NCBI GenBank assembly: GCA_001783065.1
Contig: MFQN01000004.1
Coordinates: 22,836-86,835 of the forward strand
From: Candidatus Magasanikbacteria bacterium RIFCSPLOWO2_12_FULL_43_12
GTDB taxonomy: Bacteria; Patescibacteriota; Patescibacteriia; Magasanikbacterales; UBA922
Reading direction: 5' to 3'
DNA: 64,000 nucleotides
In this document: one piece after another, positions 28,527 through 38,866 of the stretch
How positions within the stretch are numbered: position 1 is the stretch's first letter
Layout of the letters: each line of letters begins with the position of its first letter
The notes under the pieces: model-generated
Seen by the model: the letters and a program-made list of their open reading frames with translations, nothing else
Told to the model about the DNA's origin: nothing
Databases searched by the model: none
Made by a program: the position numbers and the translations under genes

Positions 28527-31232
28527 CTATAATTTCAAACCCCCCCACATCTTTCCCACACTTACACGCGCCTCCACCGGCACGTTTAATTTTACCACAT
28601 TCTCCATCGCGTCTTTTACTAATTTTGATGCTTCTTTTTCCAAACCCTTCTTAACCTCCAATACCAATTCATCGTGCACCTGCAAAATCAATCTCACATC
28701 GCTCTCGGACTTTATAGACTTTATGACTTTATGGACTTCAATCATGGCGAGCTTCATCAAATCCGCCGCTGTGCCCTGAATCGGCATATTGATCGCCATC
28801 CGCTCGCCGGCGGAACGCAGTTGAAAATTATCGGATTTTAATTCCGGAATATATCGCCGCCGGCCAAATAGCGTTTCAACATAACCTTCTTTCTTGGCAA
28901 ATTCTAAAGTTTGGTCAATGTATTTTTTCACGCTGGAGAATTTTTCAAAATATTTTTTTATAAAATCTTTCGCCTGCCACTGTGGCATTTTTGTTCGCCA
29001 TGCCAACCCGTAAGAACCCATGCCGTACAACACGCCGAAATTCACGGCTTTCGCCGCGTAGCGCATTTCTTTCGTTACTTTATCTAATGGGACATCATTG
29101 ATCGCCGCGGCGGTTGCTTGGTGAATATCCTCTCCGCGCTTGAACACTTCAATCATTGTTTTGTCTTTGGCCAATGACGCGACAATGCGTAATTCAATTT
29201 GAGAATAATCCGCCGCGATTAAATTGTTCCCGGCTTCGGCGACAAACGCGTTGCGAATTTCTTTGCCTAAATCAGTGCGAATCGGAATATTCTGCAAATT
29301 CGGTTCAGAGCTGGAAAGCCGTCCCGTGGTTGTTACCGCTTGATTAAAAGTCGTATGAATACGACCGGTTTTTTTGTTTACAAGCGTTGGCAAAACATCA
29401 ACATAAGTATTCTGCAATTTCGCCAATTCGCGATAATCGCGAATCATGCTGATAATGGGATGTTCGTCAATCAATTTCTCCAGTTCGGCGTCAGCGGTGG
29501 AATATCCGGTCTTCCCTTTTTTAATTTGTTCGCTCGGCAATTTTAATTTATCAAACAAAATATCGCGCAGCTGCGTCGGCGACGCGATATTAAATTCTTC
29601 GCCAGCCTCTTTTTGAATTTGTTTGTCAATTTTATTTATTTCTCCGGCGACATCTTTGGATAATTTTTTTAACACAACAGTGTCAATCGCGATGCCATTC
29701 AATTCCATCTCAGCCAAAACCGGTATTAATTTCATCTCCACTTTTTCAAACAAACCAAAATCTTCCATATCCGCCAGCTTTTTCTTTTGTATTTCGTAAG
29801 CTTTTAAAATCAGCTGTAATTCTTCGGCCACTTGTTTTGGATTAGCGCCAAACAAACTGCTTTGGTCTGATCCGCCCTGAATCTCCTGCCCCAGCTCGCG
29901 CAAAATAATGCTTTTTGCGTCATGGGCGCGGGTACTGGAGTTGATCAGGTAGGATGCGATCATGGTGTCAAACAGGTGAGCGAAGTCTGTAAAGTCTATA
30001 AAGTCGTAAAGTCTATAAAGTACTTTGATGAGTTGTTTGAGGTCGTGGCCAACGAGGATCTTGTCTTTTGAATAGAACACGGATTTAACGGATTGAACGG
30101 ATTTGGACGGATCAGAGAGAAAATAACCGGACGAGCCGACGACAAAAACCAATCCTAACAAGTCGCTGTTTAAAATGTCCGTCCCGCTCAAAATTTCCTT
30201 GCAGGCAAAAACATCCGCGCCATTTATCGCTTTCTCTAATTCACCAATGTTCTTCTCATCAATCTCAATCATTCTCATCTCGTTCTTTCTCGTCTTCGCT
30301 CCTACATCCTCCACCCTACGTCCTCCGCCCTCGCTCTCCCCGCCCGGCAACCTCTTAATCAACGAGAAAAACTCAAACTTCCTCAACAAATCAACCACGC
30401 TCTGTCGGTCAAAATCTTTCATCGCGCAGTCTTCCAGCTTAAAATCTAATCCAGGCACGTCTCTCACCACTGTCGCCAATTTTTTACTCATCATGGCGCT
30501 GTCTTTTCCATCTAAAAGTTTTTTAATCACGCCCTCTGTAAAAAACTTTCGGACTTCGGACTTCGGACTTCGGACTTGCGCGTATATCTCCATAATTCCG
30601 CCGATTTTCTCAATCAACTCCGTCGCCGTCTTTTCCCCAATCCCCGGCACGCCCGGAATATTATCCGACGCGTCACCGCACAAAGATTTGTAATCAACAA
30701 TATGTTCGGGCCCAAAACCATATTTCTTTTGGACTTCATCAATATCATACATCACAATATCGCTCATGCCTTTTCTTAGCGCGTAAACACTGGTGTCCTC
30801 ATCAACCAACTGCAGAAGGTCCATATCGCCGCTCACTACAATATTTTTCATTTTGATTTTTTCATTTTCAACTTTAGCCACGATAGTGGCGATAACGTCA
30901 TCGGCTTCGAAGCCTGCTTGTTTTAAAATCGGCAGACCGAACGCCTCAACAACTTTATGAACCAATGGAATTTGATCATACAGTTCTTGATCCGCTTTCA
31001 CCCGTTTGGCTTTATAACCATCATAAATTTTATCGCGAAAAGTTCCGCCGGCAACATCAAAGCTAACCGCCAAATAATCCGGTTTTAAATCTTTAATCAC
31101 TTTCAACAGCATTGAAGTGAAACCATACACCGCGTTCACCATCGTGCCTTTGACCATCATCGGCGGCAGGGCGTGGTAAGCTCTGTGTATTATTGCGTTG
31201 CCATCTATAATAACAAACTTTTTGGTATCCAT
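28527..31232 (-). CDS. polA: DNA polymerase I
   Basis: 5'-3' exonuclease 'IDGNAIIHRAYHA', 'GDASDNIPGVPGIG'; polymerase 'TGRLSSSEPNLQNIP', 'DYSQIELR', 'QVHDEL'. Confidence 0.97.
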   Translation of the reverse strand: MDTKKFVIIDGNAIIHRAYHALPPMMVKGTMVNAVYGFTSMLLKVIKDLKPDYLAVSFDVAGGTFRDKIYDGYKAKRVKADQELYDQIPLVHKVVEAFGLPILKQAGFEADDVIATIVAKVENEKIKMKNIVVSGDMDLLQLVDEDTSVYALRKGMSDIVMYDIDEVQKKYGFGPEHIVDYKSLCGDASDNIPGVPGIGEKTATELIEKIGGIMEIYAQVRSPKSEVRKFFTEGVIKKLLDGKDSAMMSKKLATVVRDVPGLDFKLEDCAMKDFDRQSVVDLLRKFEFFSLIKRLPGGESEGGGRRVEDVGAKTRKNEMRMIEIDEKNIGELEKAINGADVFACKEILSGTDILNSDLLGLVFVVGSSGYFLSDPSKSVQSVKSVFYSKDKILVGHDLKQLIKVLYRLYDFIDFTDFAHLFDTMIASYLINSSTRAHDAKSIILRELGQEIQGGSDQSSLFGANPKQVAEELQLILKAYEIQKKKLADMEDFGLFEKVEMKLIPVLAEMELNGIAIDTVVLKKLSKDVAGEINKIDKQIQKEAGEEFNIASPTQLRDILFDKLKLPSEQIKKGKTGYSTADAELEKLIDEHPIISMIRDYRELAKLQNTYVDVLPTLVNKKTGRIHTTFNQAVTTTGRLSSSEPNLQNIPIRTDLGKEIRNAFVAEAGNNLIAADYSQIELRIVASLAKDKTMIEVFKRGEDIHQATAAAINDVPLDKVTKEMRYAAKAVNFGVLYGMGSYGLAWRTKMPQWQAKDFIKKYFEKFSSVKKYIDQTLEFAKKEGYVETLFGRRRYIPELKSDNFQLRSAGERMAINMPIQGTAADLMKLAMIEVHKVIKSIKSESDVRLILQVHDELVLEVKKGLEKEASKLVKDAMENVVKLNVPVEARVSVGKMWGGLKL

Positions 31233-31269
31233 ACCCAACAATTTTACATCTTAATGAGAGAATTGGCAA

Positions 31270-31297
31270 TAAAAAAAGCTCCTATGTAACATCGGAG
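31270..31297 (-). terminator. intrinsic terminator
   Basis: Minus strand GCTCC-gatgttacata-GGAGC followed by a T run. Confidence 0.55.
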
Positions 31298-31502
31298 CGG
31301 AGTTTATTTTATGGGAGTTTGGGAGGGCGAAATCAGAGCAAGTCTGTTTCAACCCTCCCAGTGAAGCTTTTCCAAAGACCAGCCCCACACTGGGGCTATT
31401 CCGAGTTTTACCTCGGTAAAAAGAACAACTAGTTTTGAGACCGGACGCATGGTCCGATCACGAACCTTCCGGGGGCGACCGCTCCCGAGGATCCGCAACG
31501 GT

Positions 31503-31853
31503 TCAGCCGACGCTGGTGATGCCGCAGTATCCAGTGATGTTGGGAGGTGGAGGGGAGTGGATGAACGCGACGCGCAGCGCCGGCTGATCCTCGCCCATGA
31601 AGATGGCGACGTTGCGGAATATCACGCCGATGTCTCCCGCGACACTTCCGCGGTTGAGCAGGACGACGAGGGCCACGTTGTCGAAACAGATTGAAATGTC
31701 GCAGGCCGCAACCCCACCGTCGCTAGCCAGCGTGTCGCCCGAGCGGGCAGAGTTTGCCGACTGATCGGTCGGCGGGCCGGTCGTCCGCTCGTTCGCCGAA
31801 GCGGTCGCTCCGGCGAGAACGAGCACAACCGCAATGCCAAGAATTTTCTTCAT
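31503..31853 (-). CDS. GC-rich orphan secreted protein
   Basis: Signal peptide MKKILGIAVVLVLAGATASA; AGAGGAAG upstream; visibly higher GC than flanks. Confidence 0.6.
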   Translation of the reverse strand: MKKILGIAVVLVLAGATASANERTTGPPTDQSANSARSGDTLASDGGVAACDISICFDNVALVVLLNRGSVAGDIGVIFRNVAIFMGEDQPALRVAFIHSPPPPNITGYCGITSVG

Positions 31854-32051
31854 GTCTTCCTCTGTTGGTTGCGCACTATTGTAATCGCTGTCCGACTCCC
31901 CAAACCAGACACTCTTGTCTCATTCCTTGGATTCACCAAAATTCGTCTGCCGTCCTCCTTTGCCGACAGCCAAGGTAGAGAAAGATTCCCCACAACAGCA
32001 CCCCCATGCCGTATATGGTGTGTCTGCCTCGGTTCGCCGAGACGTGGAATT

Positions 32052-32080
32052 AATTATAATTATTTAGAAACAAAAAGTCA
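32052..32080 (-). promoter_or_regulatory. sigma70-type promoter
   Basis: TTGACT-17 nt-TATAAT on the minus strand. Confidence 0.65.
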
Positions 32081-32109
32081 AACAAAACCAGCCGATTAGG
32101 CTGGTGTTG

Positions 32110-32181
32110 AGGTACCGATGGGAATTGCACCCATGCATAGAGGTTTTGCAGACCTCTGCCTTACTGCTTGGCTACGGTACC
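32110..32181 (-). tRNA. tRNA-Cys (GCA)
   Basis: GGTACCG acceptor, GAGGT-CTGCAAA-ACCTC anticodon arm; T-loop reads TGCAATT. Confidence 0.88.
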
Positions 32182-32258
32182 GCGATTTAATTTTCAATTT
32201 GTAAATGCCGATTTCATTGAGCGCCCCCGACAAAGTCGGAACAATTTTGTATCTAAAT

Positions 32259-32336
32259 CTCCCCTCTCGGAGAGGGGCGGGGGGTGTGTTCGCAAAGGTT
32301 TGCGAACACCTCCCTCGCCCTCCTCCGAGGAGGGAG
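32259..32336. repeat. GC-rich REP-like pair (DUF559-associated family)
   Basis: Reverse-complement match to the 77-bp unit at 7757. Confidence 0.8.
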
Positions 32337-32468
32337 TTAACCTGTGATTGTTTAAAATTAAAAATTCGCTAATACTATACCACAAATAAACCCGCACTTC
32401 AAGACCACAAACCCGCCTCGTTGGCGGGTTTTTCGTGTGGGTTTTGTTAATTGTGTTTTGTGTTCTGT

Positions 32469-32975
32469 TTAGTAAATATCCATCTTCACCCTCTTCACTC
32501 CAAACTCTTTTGCCATTTCCCGCGTCGGCATCCAGACATCAATCCGGCCATAGCCATAACGCTCATTCATGCGGTCGCGGACCACGAAAGTTTTATCGCC
32601 GAACAATTCCGGCAGTTTTATATGCTTATTTATTGTCAAAAAATTCGCGGCAATGGTATTGCCTTCGCCGAATTGAGCATATGCCTCGCATAAGTCAAAA
32701 CCTTTGGCGGCAATACATGGTGTGCTGTCGGTTTGGTCTGGTGTGCTGGAATAAGCCGTCACTACCACCAAAATTGTCCGCACCGGCTCGCGGTCGGAGG
32801 ATGTCGGCAGTTCAGACGGCTCAATCGCATTGACAAAATCCAACCTAAGCAAGTCAACCAGAGACACGGCTTCAGCCAATTGCGGTTTGCCTGCAGATAC
32901 AACAAAACTGATTATTGCCAACACGGCAACCGCTCTTTTTATCCAAGTTTTTTGGCTTTTGTTAAGTAAACTCAT
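32469..32975 (-). CDS. 3D-domain protein
   Basis: 'TAYSSTPDQTDSTPCIAA', 'IAANFL', 'VRDRMN', 'IDVWM'. Confidence 0.85.
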   Translation of the reverse strand: MSLLNKSQKTWIKRAVAVLAIISFVVSAGKPQLAEAVSLVDLLRLDFVNAIEPSELPTSSDREPVRTILVVVTAYSSTPDQTDSTPCIAAKGFDLCEAYAQFGEGNTIAANFLTINKHIKLPELFGDKTFVVRDRMNERYGYGRIDVWMPTREMAKEFGVKRVKMDIY

Positions 32976-33073
32976 AACCGCGACATTATACCACAAATTG
33001 GCCATTTTGTCAAGGTGTGATATAATGTAAAAAGACTGATTTTACACACAAAAATAGCTTAAATAGGCCAAAT

Positions 33074-35908
33074 ATGAGTAGTGGGGATAACCGCCGCCGA
33101 GTTTACGGCTATACGACAAAAAACCACCATTCGGTGATTAGAAAGGCCGGCGGCCGGTTTTGGAGAAAGCTCGGCTGGTTGGCGCTGGTTGGGTTGGTTT
33201 TTGTATTTTTAATTGGCACGATTATGGTTGCTTGGGCCAGCCGCGACCTGCCGGACCCTGACAAACTAACAGACCGGAAGGTCGCCCAAAGCACAAAAAT
33301 ACTTGACCGCACCGGCGAACACCTGCTTTACGAAGTTTACGCGCAAGAAAAAAGAACTTTGGTTGAACTGGATCAGGTGCCGCAGTTTTTGATCAATGGG
33401 GTTATCGCCACCGAAGACACGGAGTTTTTCCAACACAAAGGCATCAGGCCGTTAAGCATTTTGCGCGCGGTTGTTTACGGCGTGTTCACCAACAAACGAA
33501 TCGGCGGCACCTCAACCTTAACTCAACAATTGGTGAAGAACGCCGTGCTGACCAATGAAAGAAAAATCACCCGCAAAATTAAAGAAATTATTTTATCCAT
33601 CCGCTTGGAACAAAAATACACCAAGGAACAAATTTTGAAAATTTATTTCAATGAAATTCCTTACGGCTCAACCAATTACGGCGTTGAGTCCGCCGCGCAA
33701 AGTTATTTTGGAAAACATGTTTCAGATGTTACGCTTGCCGAGGCCGCGACGCTCGCCGGTCTGCCAAAAGCGCCGTCGCTTTATTTGAACGACCCGGACA
33801 AATTAAAAAACCGCCGCGATTTTGTTTTGGAAAGAATGGTCGCGGAAGATTATATTTCCCGTGAAGAAGCTGACGCGGCGCAAGCCGAGCCATTAAAAAT
33901 CAAACAAAAAATTGAAAACATTCAGGCGCCTCATTTTACGCTTTATGTCAAAGGACAGCTGGTGGACATGTTCGGCGAACAACTTGTTGATACTGGCGGA
34001 CTGAAAGTAATCACTTCGCTTGATTGGGAAAAACAGCAGGCCGCGGAACTGGCGATAAAAGAAAATGAAAAAAGCTTATTGGAAGCGGGCGCCAACAACG
34101 CGGCGCTGATGGCGATGGATCCAAAAAATGGACAAATCTTATCAATGATCGGGTCGCGGGATTTTTTTGATGAAACAATTGACGGCCAATTTAATGTCGC
34201 GACTCTTGGCAAACGCCAGCCCGGATCGTCTTTCAAACCGATTATTTACGCCGCGGCGTTTGAAAAAGGATATACTCCGGATACTGTTCTTTTTGATGTG
34301 CTGACGAATTTCGCGGTTTCCGGAAAACCCTATCAACCGGTTGACTATGACTCCAAAGAGCGCGGGCCGGTAAGCATGCGGCAGGCCTTGCAGGGCTCGC
34401 TGAATATCCCCGCGGTGCAAACAATGTATTTGGTCGGGCAAGACAAGTCGGTTGAATTTGCCAAAAAAATGGGTTATACGACCTTGAGCGACGGCGAGTT
34501 TGGTTTGACGCTCGTATTGGGCGGCGGAGAAATAAAACTGCTTGATCATGTTCGCGCTTACTCTGTCTTTGCCGCTAACGGAAATAAATTTGAACCGGTC
34601 AGTATTTTACGCGTGGAAGACAGTGTTGGCGGCACTTTGTTTGAATGGAAAAAAACCAAAGGCGAAAAGGTCCTGGATGAAAAAATTACCGCGACAATTT
34701 CCAATGTCTTGAGCGATGACGCCTCTCGCGCGTATATGTTCGGCGCCGGCGGGACGCTGACACTGCCGAATCGTTCTGTGGCCGCAAAAACCGGCACCAC
34801 AAACAATTATGTTGACGCGTGGACAATCGGTTACACCCCGAGTTTTGTCGCCGGGGTCTGGGCCGGCAACACGGACAACACACAAATGAAACAAGGGTAT
34901 GGCGGCAGTAAAGTCGCTGGCGTTATCTGGAATAAATTTATGCGCGAGGCGTTAAAAAACGCGCCGGTGGAGGCTTTCCCGGAAGCGCCGCCAAATGACG
35001 CGGAGAAGCCAATTTTACGCGGCTCAACCGGCGGGGCGATTACACTATCAATAGATAAATTAACCGGCAAACTCGCGTCCAGTTCAACGCCGGAAAAATA
35101 TATTATCCAACGCTCTTACTTGCCGGCGCACTCAATTTTGCACTATGTAAACAAAGACGACCCGCGCGGACCGGCGCTTGAAAATCCAGCTGATGACCCG
35201 CAGTATCAAATCTGGGAAAACGCGATTCAAGACTGGATAAAAAGAACCAAAGAAAAAAATCCTGATTGGCAAATCAGTTTTGAAGACCCGCCAACTGAAT
35301 ATGACGACACACATTCTTCAGAATTGGCCCCGACAATAGAAATTATTTATCCAACTGACGGAGCAGTGTTATACTCGCGGCAAATTGATACTAATTTTCG
35401 CTTTGGCGCGCCTCGCGGAGTAACTCGGGTGTCATACAAAATTGACGCGCGTTATGTTGGTGTGATAAAAGCCCCGCCGTTTAACTTAAACTACTACGCG
35501 AAGTGGTTGGAGTCCGGAGCGCACACTTTAATTATTTTGGCGGAAGATGATATTGGAAATAAAACCGAACAAACAATTAATTTTACTTTGCAGGCCGGCG
35601 AAGAGCCGCCGAGCGTTTCTTGGGTGGAAAAAAATAAAACCGTTTCGCAAAATAATTTTCCTATCCGGCTCGCGTTAGAACCTTTTAAGTTGGAACAAAT
35701 TAAAGAGATACTAATTTACCAACAAAAGTCCGGTGAAGAAAAAACTATTTTAACAACAATAACCGACTTTTCAAATCTTTTTAACAACCAAATTCTTTTT
35801 ACCTGGAGCTCCGCGCCGGAAACAGGTGTTTGGACTTTAATCGCGGAAGTAAAACCAAAAAACGGCGGACAAACCAAATCTGAAGTGGTGGAAATACTTG
35901 TGAAATAA
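33074..35908 (+). CDS. class A penicillin-binding protein (transglycosylase/transpeptidase)
   Basis: 'ATEDTEFF', 'STLTQQLVKN', 'RKIKE', 'RQPGSSFKP', 'SLN', 'KTGTT'. Confidence 0.95.
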   Translation: MSSGDNRRRVYGYTTKNHHSVIRKAGGRFWRKLGWLALVGLVFVFLIGTIMVAWASRDLPDPDKLTDRKVAQSTKILDRTGEHLLYEVYAQEKRTLVELDQVPQFLINGVIATEDTEFFQHKGIRPLSILRAVVYGVFTNKRIGGTSTLTQQLVKNAVLTNERKITRKIKEIILSIRLEQKYTKEQILKIYFNEIPYGSTNYGVESAAQSYFGKHVSDVTLAEAATLAGLPKAPSLYLNDPDKLKNRRDFVLERMVAEDYISREEADAAQAEPLKIKQKIENIQAPHFTLYVKGQLVDMFGEQLVDTGGLKVITSLDWEKQQAAELAIKENEKSLLEAGANNAALMAMDPKNGQILSMIGSRDFFDETIDGQFNVATLGKRQPGSSFKPIIYAAAFEKGYTPDTVLFDVLTNFAVSGKPYQPVDYDSKERGPVSMRQALQGSLNIPAVQTMYLVGQDKSVEFAKKMGYTTLSDGEFGLTLVLGGGEIKLLDHVRAYSVFAANGNKFEPVSILRVEDSVGGTLFEWKKTKGEKVLDEKITATISNVLSDDASRAYMFGAGGTLTLPNRSVAAKTGTTNNYVDAWTIGYTPSFVAGVWAGNTDNTQMKQGYGGSKVAGVIWNKFMREALKNAPVEAFPEAPPNDAEKPILRGSTGGAITLSIDKLTGKLASSSTPEKYIIQRSYLPAHSILHYVNKDDPRGPALENPADDPQYQIWENAIQDWIKRTKEKNPDWQISFEDPPTEYDDTHSSELAPTIEIIYPTDGAVLYSRQIDTNFRFGAPRGVTRVSYKIDARYVGVIKAPPFNLNYYAKWLESGAHTLIILAEDDIGNKTEQTINFTLQAGEEPPSVSWVEKNKTVSQNNFPIRLALEPFKLEQIKEILIYQQKSGEEKTILTTITDFSNLFNNQILFTWSSAPETGVWTLIAEVKPKNGGQTKSEVVEILVK

Positions 35909-35969
35909 TTAATTCTTTGATAAAATTCGTTATTTTTATAGACTTTACAGACTTTTGGACTTTATGGAC

Positions 35970-37094
35970 TTATTGTCGTATCGGCATCACCACATAAACA
36001 TAGTCGTCTTTGTTTTTTGCCCTAAACACACAGGGCGTGTCGCTGCTGTTTACTCCGAACTCACCGTCTTCGCTGTTTAAATTTTGCAGCCCGTCCAACA
36101 CATACCGGTGGTTTAATAAAATTGAATTTTCTTCACCAAGCACTTCTGATTCTATTTCCGAGGAGTGTTCGCCTGTTTGCGTACTAGTGGAAGAAAGCCC
36201 GATTGTTCCTTGGCTTGCGTTTAAATCAAATGAAACCGCGTTTACCCCGGAAGCAGTGAACAGACTGGCGGTTTTTATTTTATTAACCATAAGACCAACC
36301 GGGAAGCTCGCGGTTGTTTTTGTTTTTGTTGGAATAATTTGCGCGTAATCAGGATACTTACCCTCAACCAAACGAGAGCTTACCTCAAAATCATCGTAAC
36401 GCGCCGCAATTTGTCCTTCGCTTAACCAGAGTCTGATTTTTGTTTCTCCTTGTTTGTTTTTTGCCAAAGACACCAGTCGCGCCAATTCATAAACCGTGCG
36501 AGAAGGAACAATCGCCCGCGCCTCTTCTGTTCCCTGCTCAACTTCAAGTTTTTTTTCCGCCAAACGATAGGAGTCCGTCGCCGCCACTAATAGTCCTGGG
36601 TAGCGCTCGGTAAACAGGCCAAAATAAACCCCGGACAATTCCGGCCTAATTTCATTTTTCGCGCAAGCCAAAACAACCCGAGACAAAGAATCTTTAAACA
36701 TCTCCGCGTTTACTGTGTACGCGTGTTTTTCTTCAATCTCCGGCACAACCGGGTACTCGTCTGCCGGCGTTCCTTTAATTTTTGTTGAGGAGTTTCCACA
36801 TTTGATAAAAACCTCGTTTTCTTGCAGACTTACTTCTACTTGTTCGTCTGGTAAAAGATGAACAAAGTCAGTAAGTGTTTTGGCTGGCACGGTAAACGAC
36901 CCCGCCTCGTCAACCTTGGCGCGCAAGGATGTTTTTATCGCCATTTCAAGGTTTGTCGCCACCAAACGAACACCGGCTGCTTCGGCTTGAATTAAGATGT
37001 TCATCAAAATCGGCAGGCTGGCATGGCGCCCGGCAACGCCACTCACCAAATCCAACGAATACGACAGGTTTTCTTTAGTACAAATAAATTTCAT
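35970..37094 (-). CDS. dnaN: DNA polymerase III beta clamp
   Basis: 'ATNLE', 'ATDSYRLA', 'GKYPDY', C-terminal 'VMPIR'. Confidence 0.96.
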   Translation of the reverse strand: MKFICTKENLSYSLDLVSGVAGRHASLPILMNILIQAEAAGVRLVATNLEMAIKTSLRAKVDEAGSFTVPAKTLTDFVHLLPDEQVEVSLQENEVFIKCGNSSTKIKGTPADEYPVVPEIEEKHAYTVNAEMFKDSLSRVVLACAKNEIRPELSGVYFGLFTERYPGLLVAATDSYRLAEKKLEVEQGTEEARAIVPSRTVYELARLVSLAKNKQGETKIRLWLSEGQIAARYDDFEVSSRLVEGKYPDYAQIIPTKTKTTASFPVGLMVNKIKTASLFTASGVNAVSFDLNASQGTIGLSSTSTQTGEHSSEIESEVLGEENSILLNHRYVLDGLQNLNSEDGEFGVNSSDTPCVFRAKNKDDYVYVVMPIRQ

Positions 37095-37348
37095 ATCGTT
37101 GTTTGTTACTATTAATCGATTTGTTTATTATATTTATATATAGTAGTAGATAGTAGGGGCGGTGAATTTGGTGTAGAAGTCGTTTTTTGCGCCGAACTAA
37201 AACAAATTTTAGGTGGACAAGTTTGTTGTTGTTTTGTTATCAAACTGTTGTTGTTTTTAGAAAAAGTTTTTTATCGGTGGAAAAACTGTGTATGTTTGTT
37301 GCGAATAATAACAATGTTCGAACAAGTAAAACACAACTTTTACACAGC
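37095..37348. promoter_or_regulatory. dnaA-dnaN intergenic region, probable oriC part
   Basis: AT-rich tract ~37110-37145 and degenerate DnaA-box-like 9-mers (ggtggacaa, ggtggaaaa, tgcgaataa). Confidence 0.6.
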
Positions 37349-38752
37349 TTATCCAGCGTTTGTGAACAATTTTTGTCTGATTACTTCAATATCTTGTTTT
37401 AATTTTAAATCATTTTCCATTTCAATGCCGATTTTGGTGTGCGCGTGCATGGCGGTGGTGTGGTCTCTGCCGCCCAGCTCATCACCAATTGCCGGATAAG
37501 ACATTTTTAATTCTTTGCGCAACAAAAACATAATGATTTGGCGCGGCCCGGCCAAGCGTTTTTCCCTGCTCTTGCCGGCGATGTCGTCAAGACCAATACC
37601 ATAAAAATCAGCGACAACACCAATAATATCTTTCGGTGTGGCGGAGCGCTTTAGGTTTTGCGCTTCAAGTGTGGATAAAACCGAGCGAACAGACTCTTTG
37701 TCCGGCGCAAGGTTTTTTAATTGGTGATAGGCGATTATTTTATTAAGCGCGCCCTCAAGCTCTCTAATGTTGCTTTGAATTGACGCGGCAACCATTTGGA
37801 CAAGCTCCGGATCAATAATAAATCTCTTCTCTTGGCATTTTGATTGTAAAATCGCGGCGCGAGTTTCCATATCCGGGGCGGCAATATCAACAATCATTCC
37901 CCACTCAAAACGGCTGCGCAAACGATCTTCCAAAGACGGAATCGCTTTTGGCGGACGATCCGAAGTCATTACCACTTGTTTGCGCTGTTGGTGGAGTTCG
38001 TTGAAAGTGTGAAAAAATTCTTCTTGAGTCTGCTCTTTGCCGCCAATGAACTGGATGTCATCAATTAAAAGCAAGTCAACATTGCGGTAGCGATCTTTAA
38101 ATTCTTTTCCTCGCCCCTCTTTAATTGAAGAAACAAAATCATTGGTAAAACGTTCGGAACTTACATAAAGTATCTTTGTTTGCGGGTTTTTCTCTAAAAA
38201 ACCATGACCAATGGCCTGTATAAGGTGGGTTTTACCTAGACCAACACCACCATAAACAAAAAGCGGATTATAAGCATCACCTGGCCGGTTCACCACCGCT
38301 TGCGCCGCCGCATGCGCCAATTCGTTTCCCTTCCCGACAACAAAGGTGTCAAAAGTGTATTTTTGATTCAAACCAAATTTGATACCATTTTGGCCGCCCG
38401 GCTTGTTTGTTTGGGGCGGTGGTGTGGTGTTGATAGGTTGTTGGCCGGTTATTTGTGTTATCACGGCGGGAGCAACCACACATTCGTGTTCAACCGCATT
38501 TTTTATGTTTTCAACTCGGTACTCAACCCTTTTTAATGGTTTTCCAGTCACTTTTTCCAGTATTTTTACCACATCAGAGTGATGTTTTTTCTCCAACCAG
38601 TTTTTAGCAAAAGCGCTTGGAACACAAATAACCACCTGGCCGTTTTCATATCCAGAAATGCCAGTATGGTGGAACCAAGTGGTAAAATTGGCTTTAGTTA
38701 GCTTTAATTCAAACTCCGCCAACACCGCTTGCCAGATTTCGTGGGTAGTCAT
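37349..38752 (-). CDS. dnaA: chromosomal replication initiator DnaA
   Basis: 'YNPLFVYGGVGLGKTHL', 'LLIDDIQF', 'QEEFFHTFN', 'GGRDHTT'. Confidence 0.98.
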   Translation of the reverse strand: MTTHEIWQAVLAEFELKLTKANFTTWFHHTGISGYENGQVVICVPSAFAKNWLEKKHHSDVVKILEKVTGKPLKRVEYRVENIKNAVEHECVVAPAVITQITGQQPINTTPPPQTNKPGGQNGIKFGLNQKYTFDTFVVGKGNELAHAAAQAVVNRPGDAYNPLFVYGGVGLGKTHLIQAIGHGFLEKNPQTKILYVSSERFTNDFVSSIKEGRGKEFKDRYRNVDLLLIDDIQFIGGKEQTQEEFFHTFNELHQQRKQVVMTSDRPPKAIPSLEDRLRSRFEWGMIVDIAAPDMETRAAILQSKCQEKRFIIDPELVQMVAASIQSNIRELEGALNKIIAYHQLKNLAPDKESVRSVLSTLEAQNLKRSATPKDIIGVVADFYGIGLDDIAGKSREKRLAGPRQIIMFLLRKELKMSYPAIGDELGGRDHTTAMHAHTKIGIEMENDLKLKQDIEVIRQKLFTNAG

Positions 38753-38828
38753 ATTTTTTCTTTTGTTCTATTCTATCACACATTTTATAAAGCAAAAATG
38801 GCTTAAAATAAGCCAAAAGTGAGTAAAT

Positions 38829-38857
38829 TGTGGACAAACTGTGGATAGTGGGGATAA
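38829..38857. promoter_or_regulatory. DnaA-box cluster upstream of dnaA
   Basis: tgtggacaa, tgtggatag and tggggataa, each one mismatch from TGTGGATAA. Confidence 0.75.
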
Positions 38858-38866
38858 AAGAGCGAA

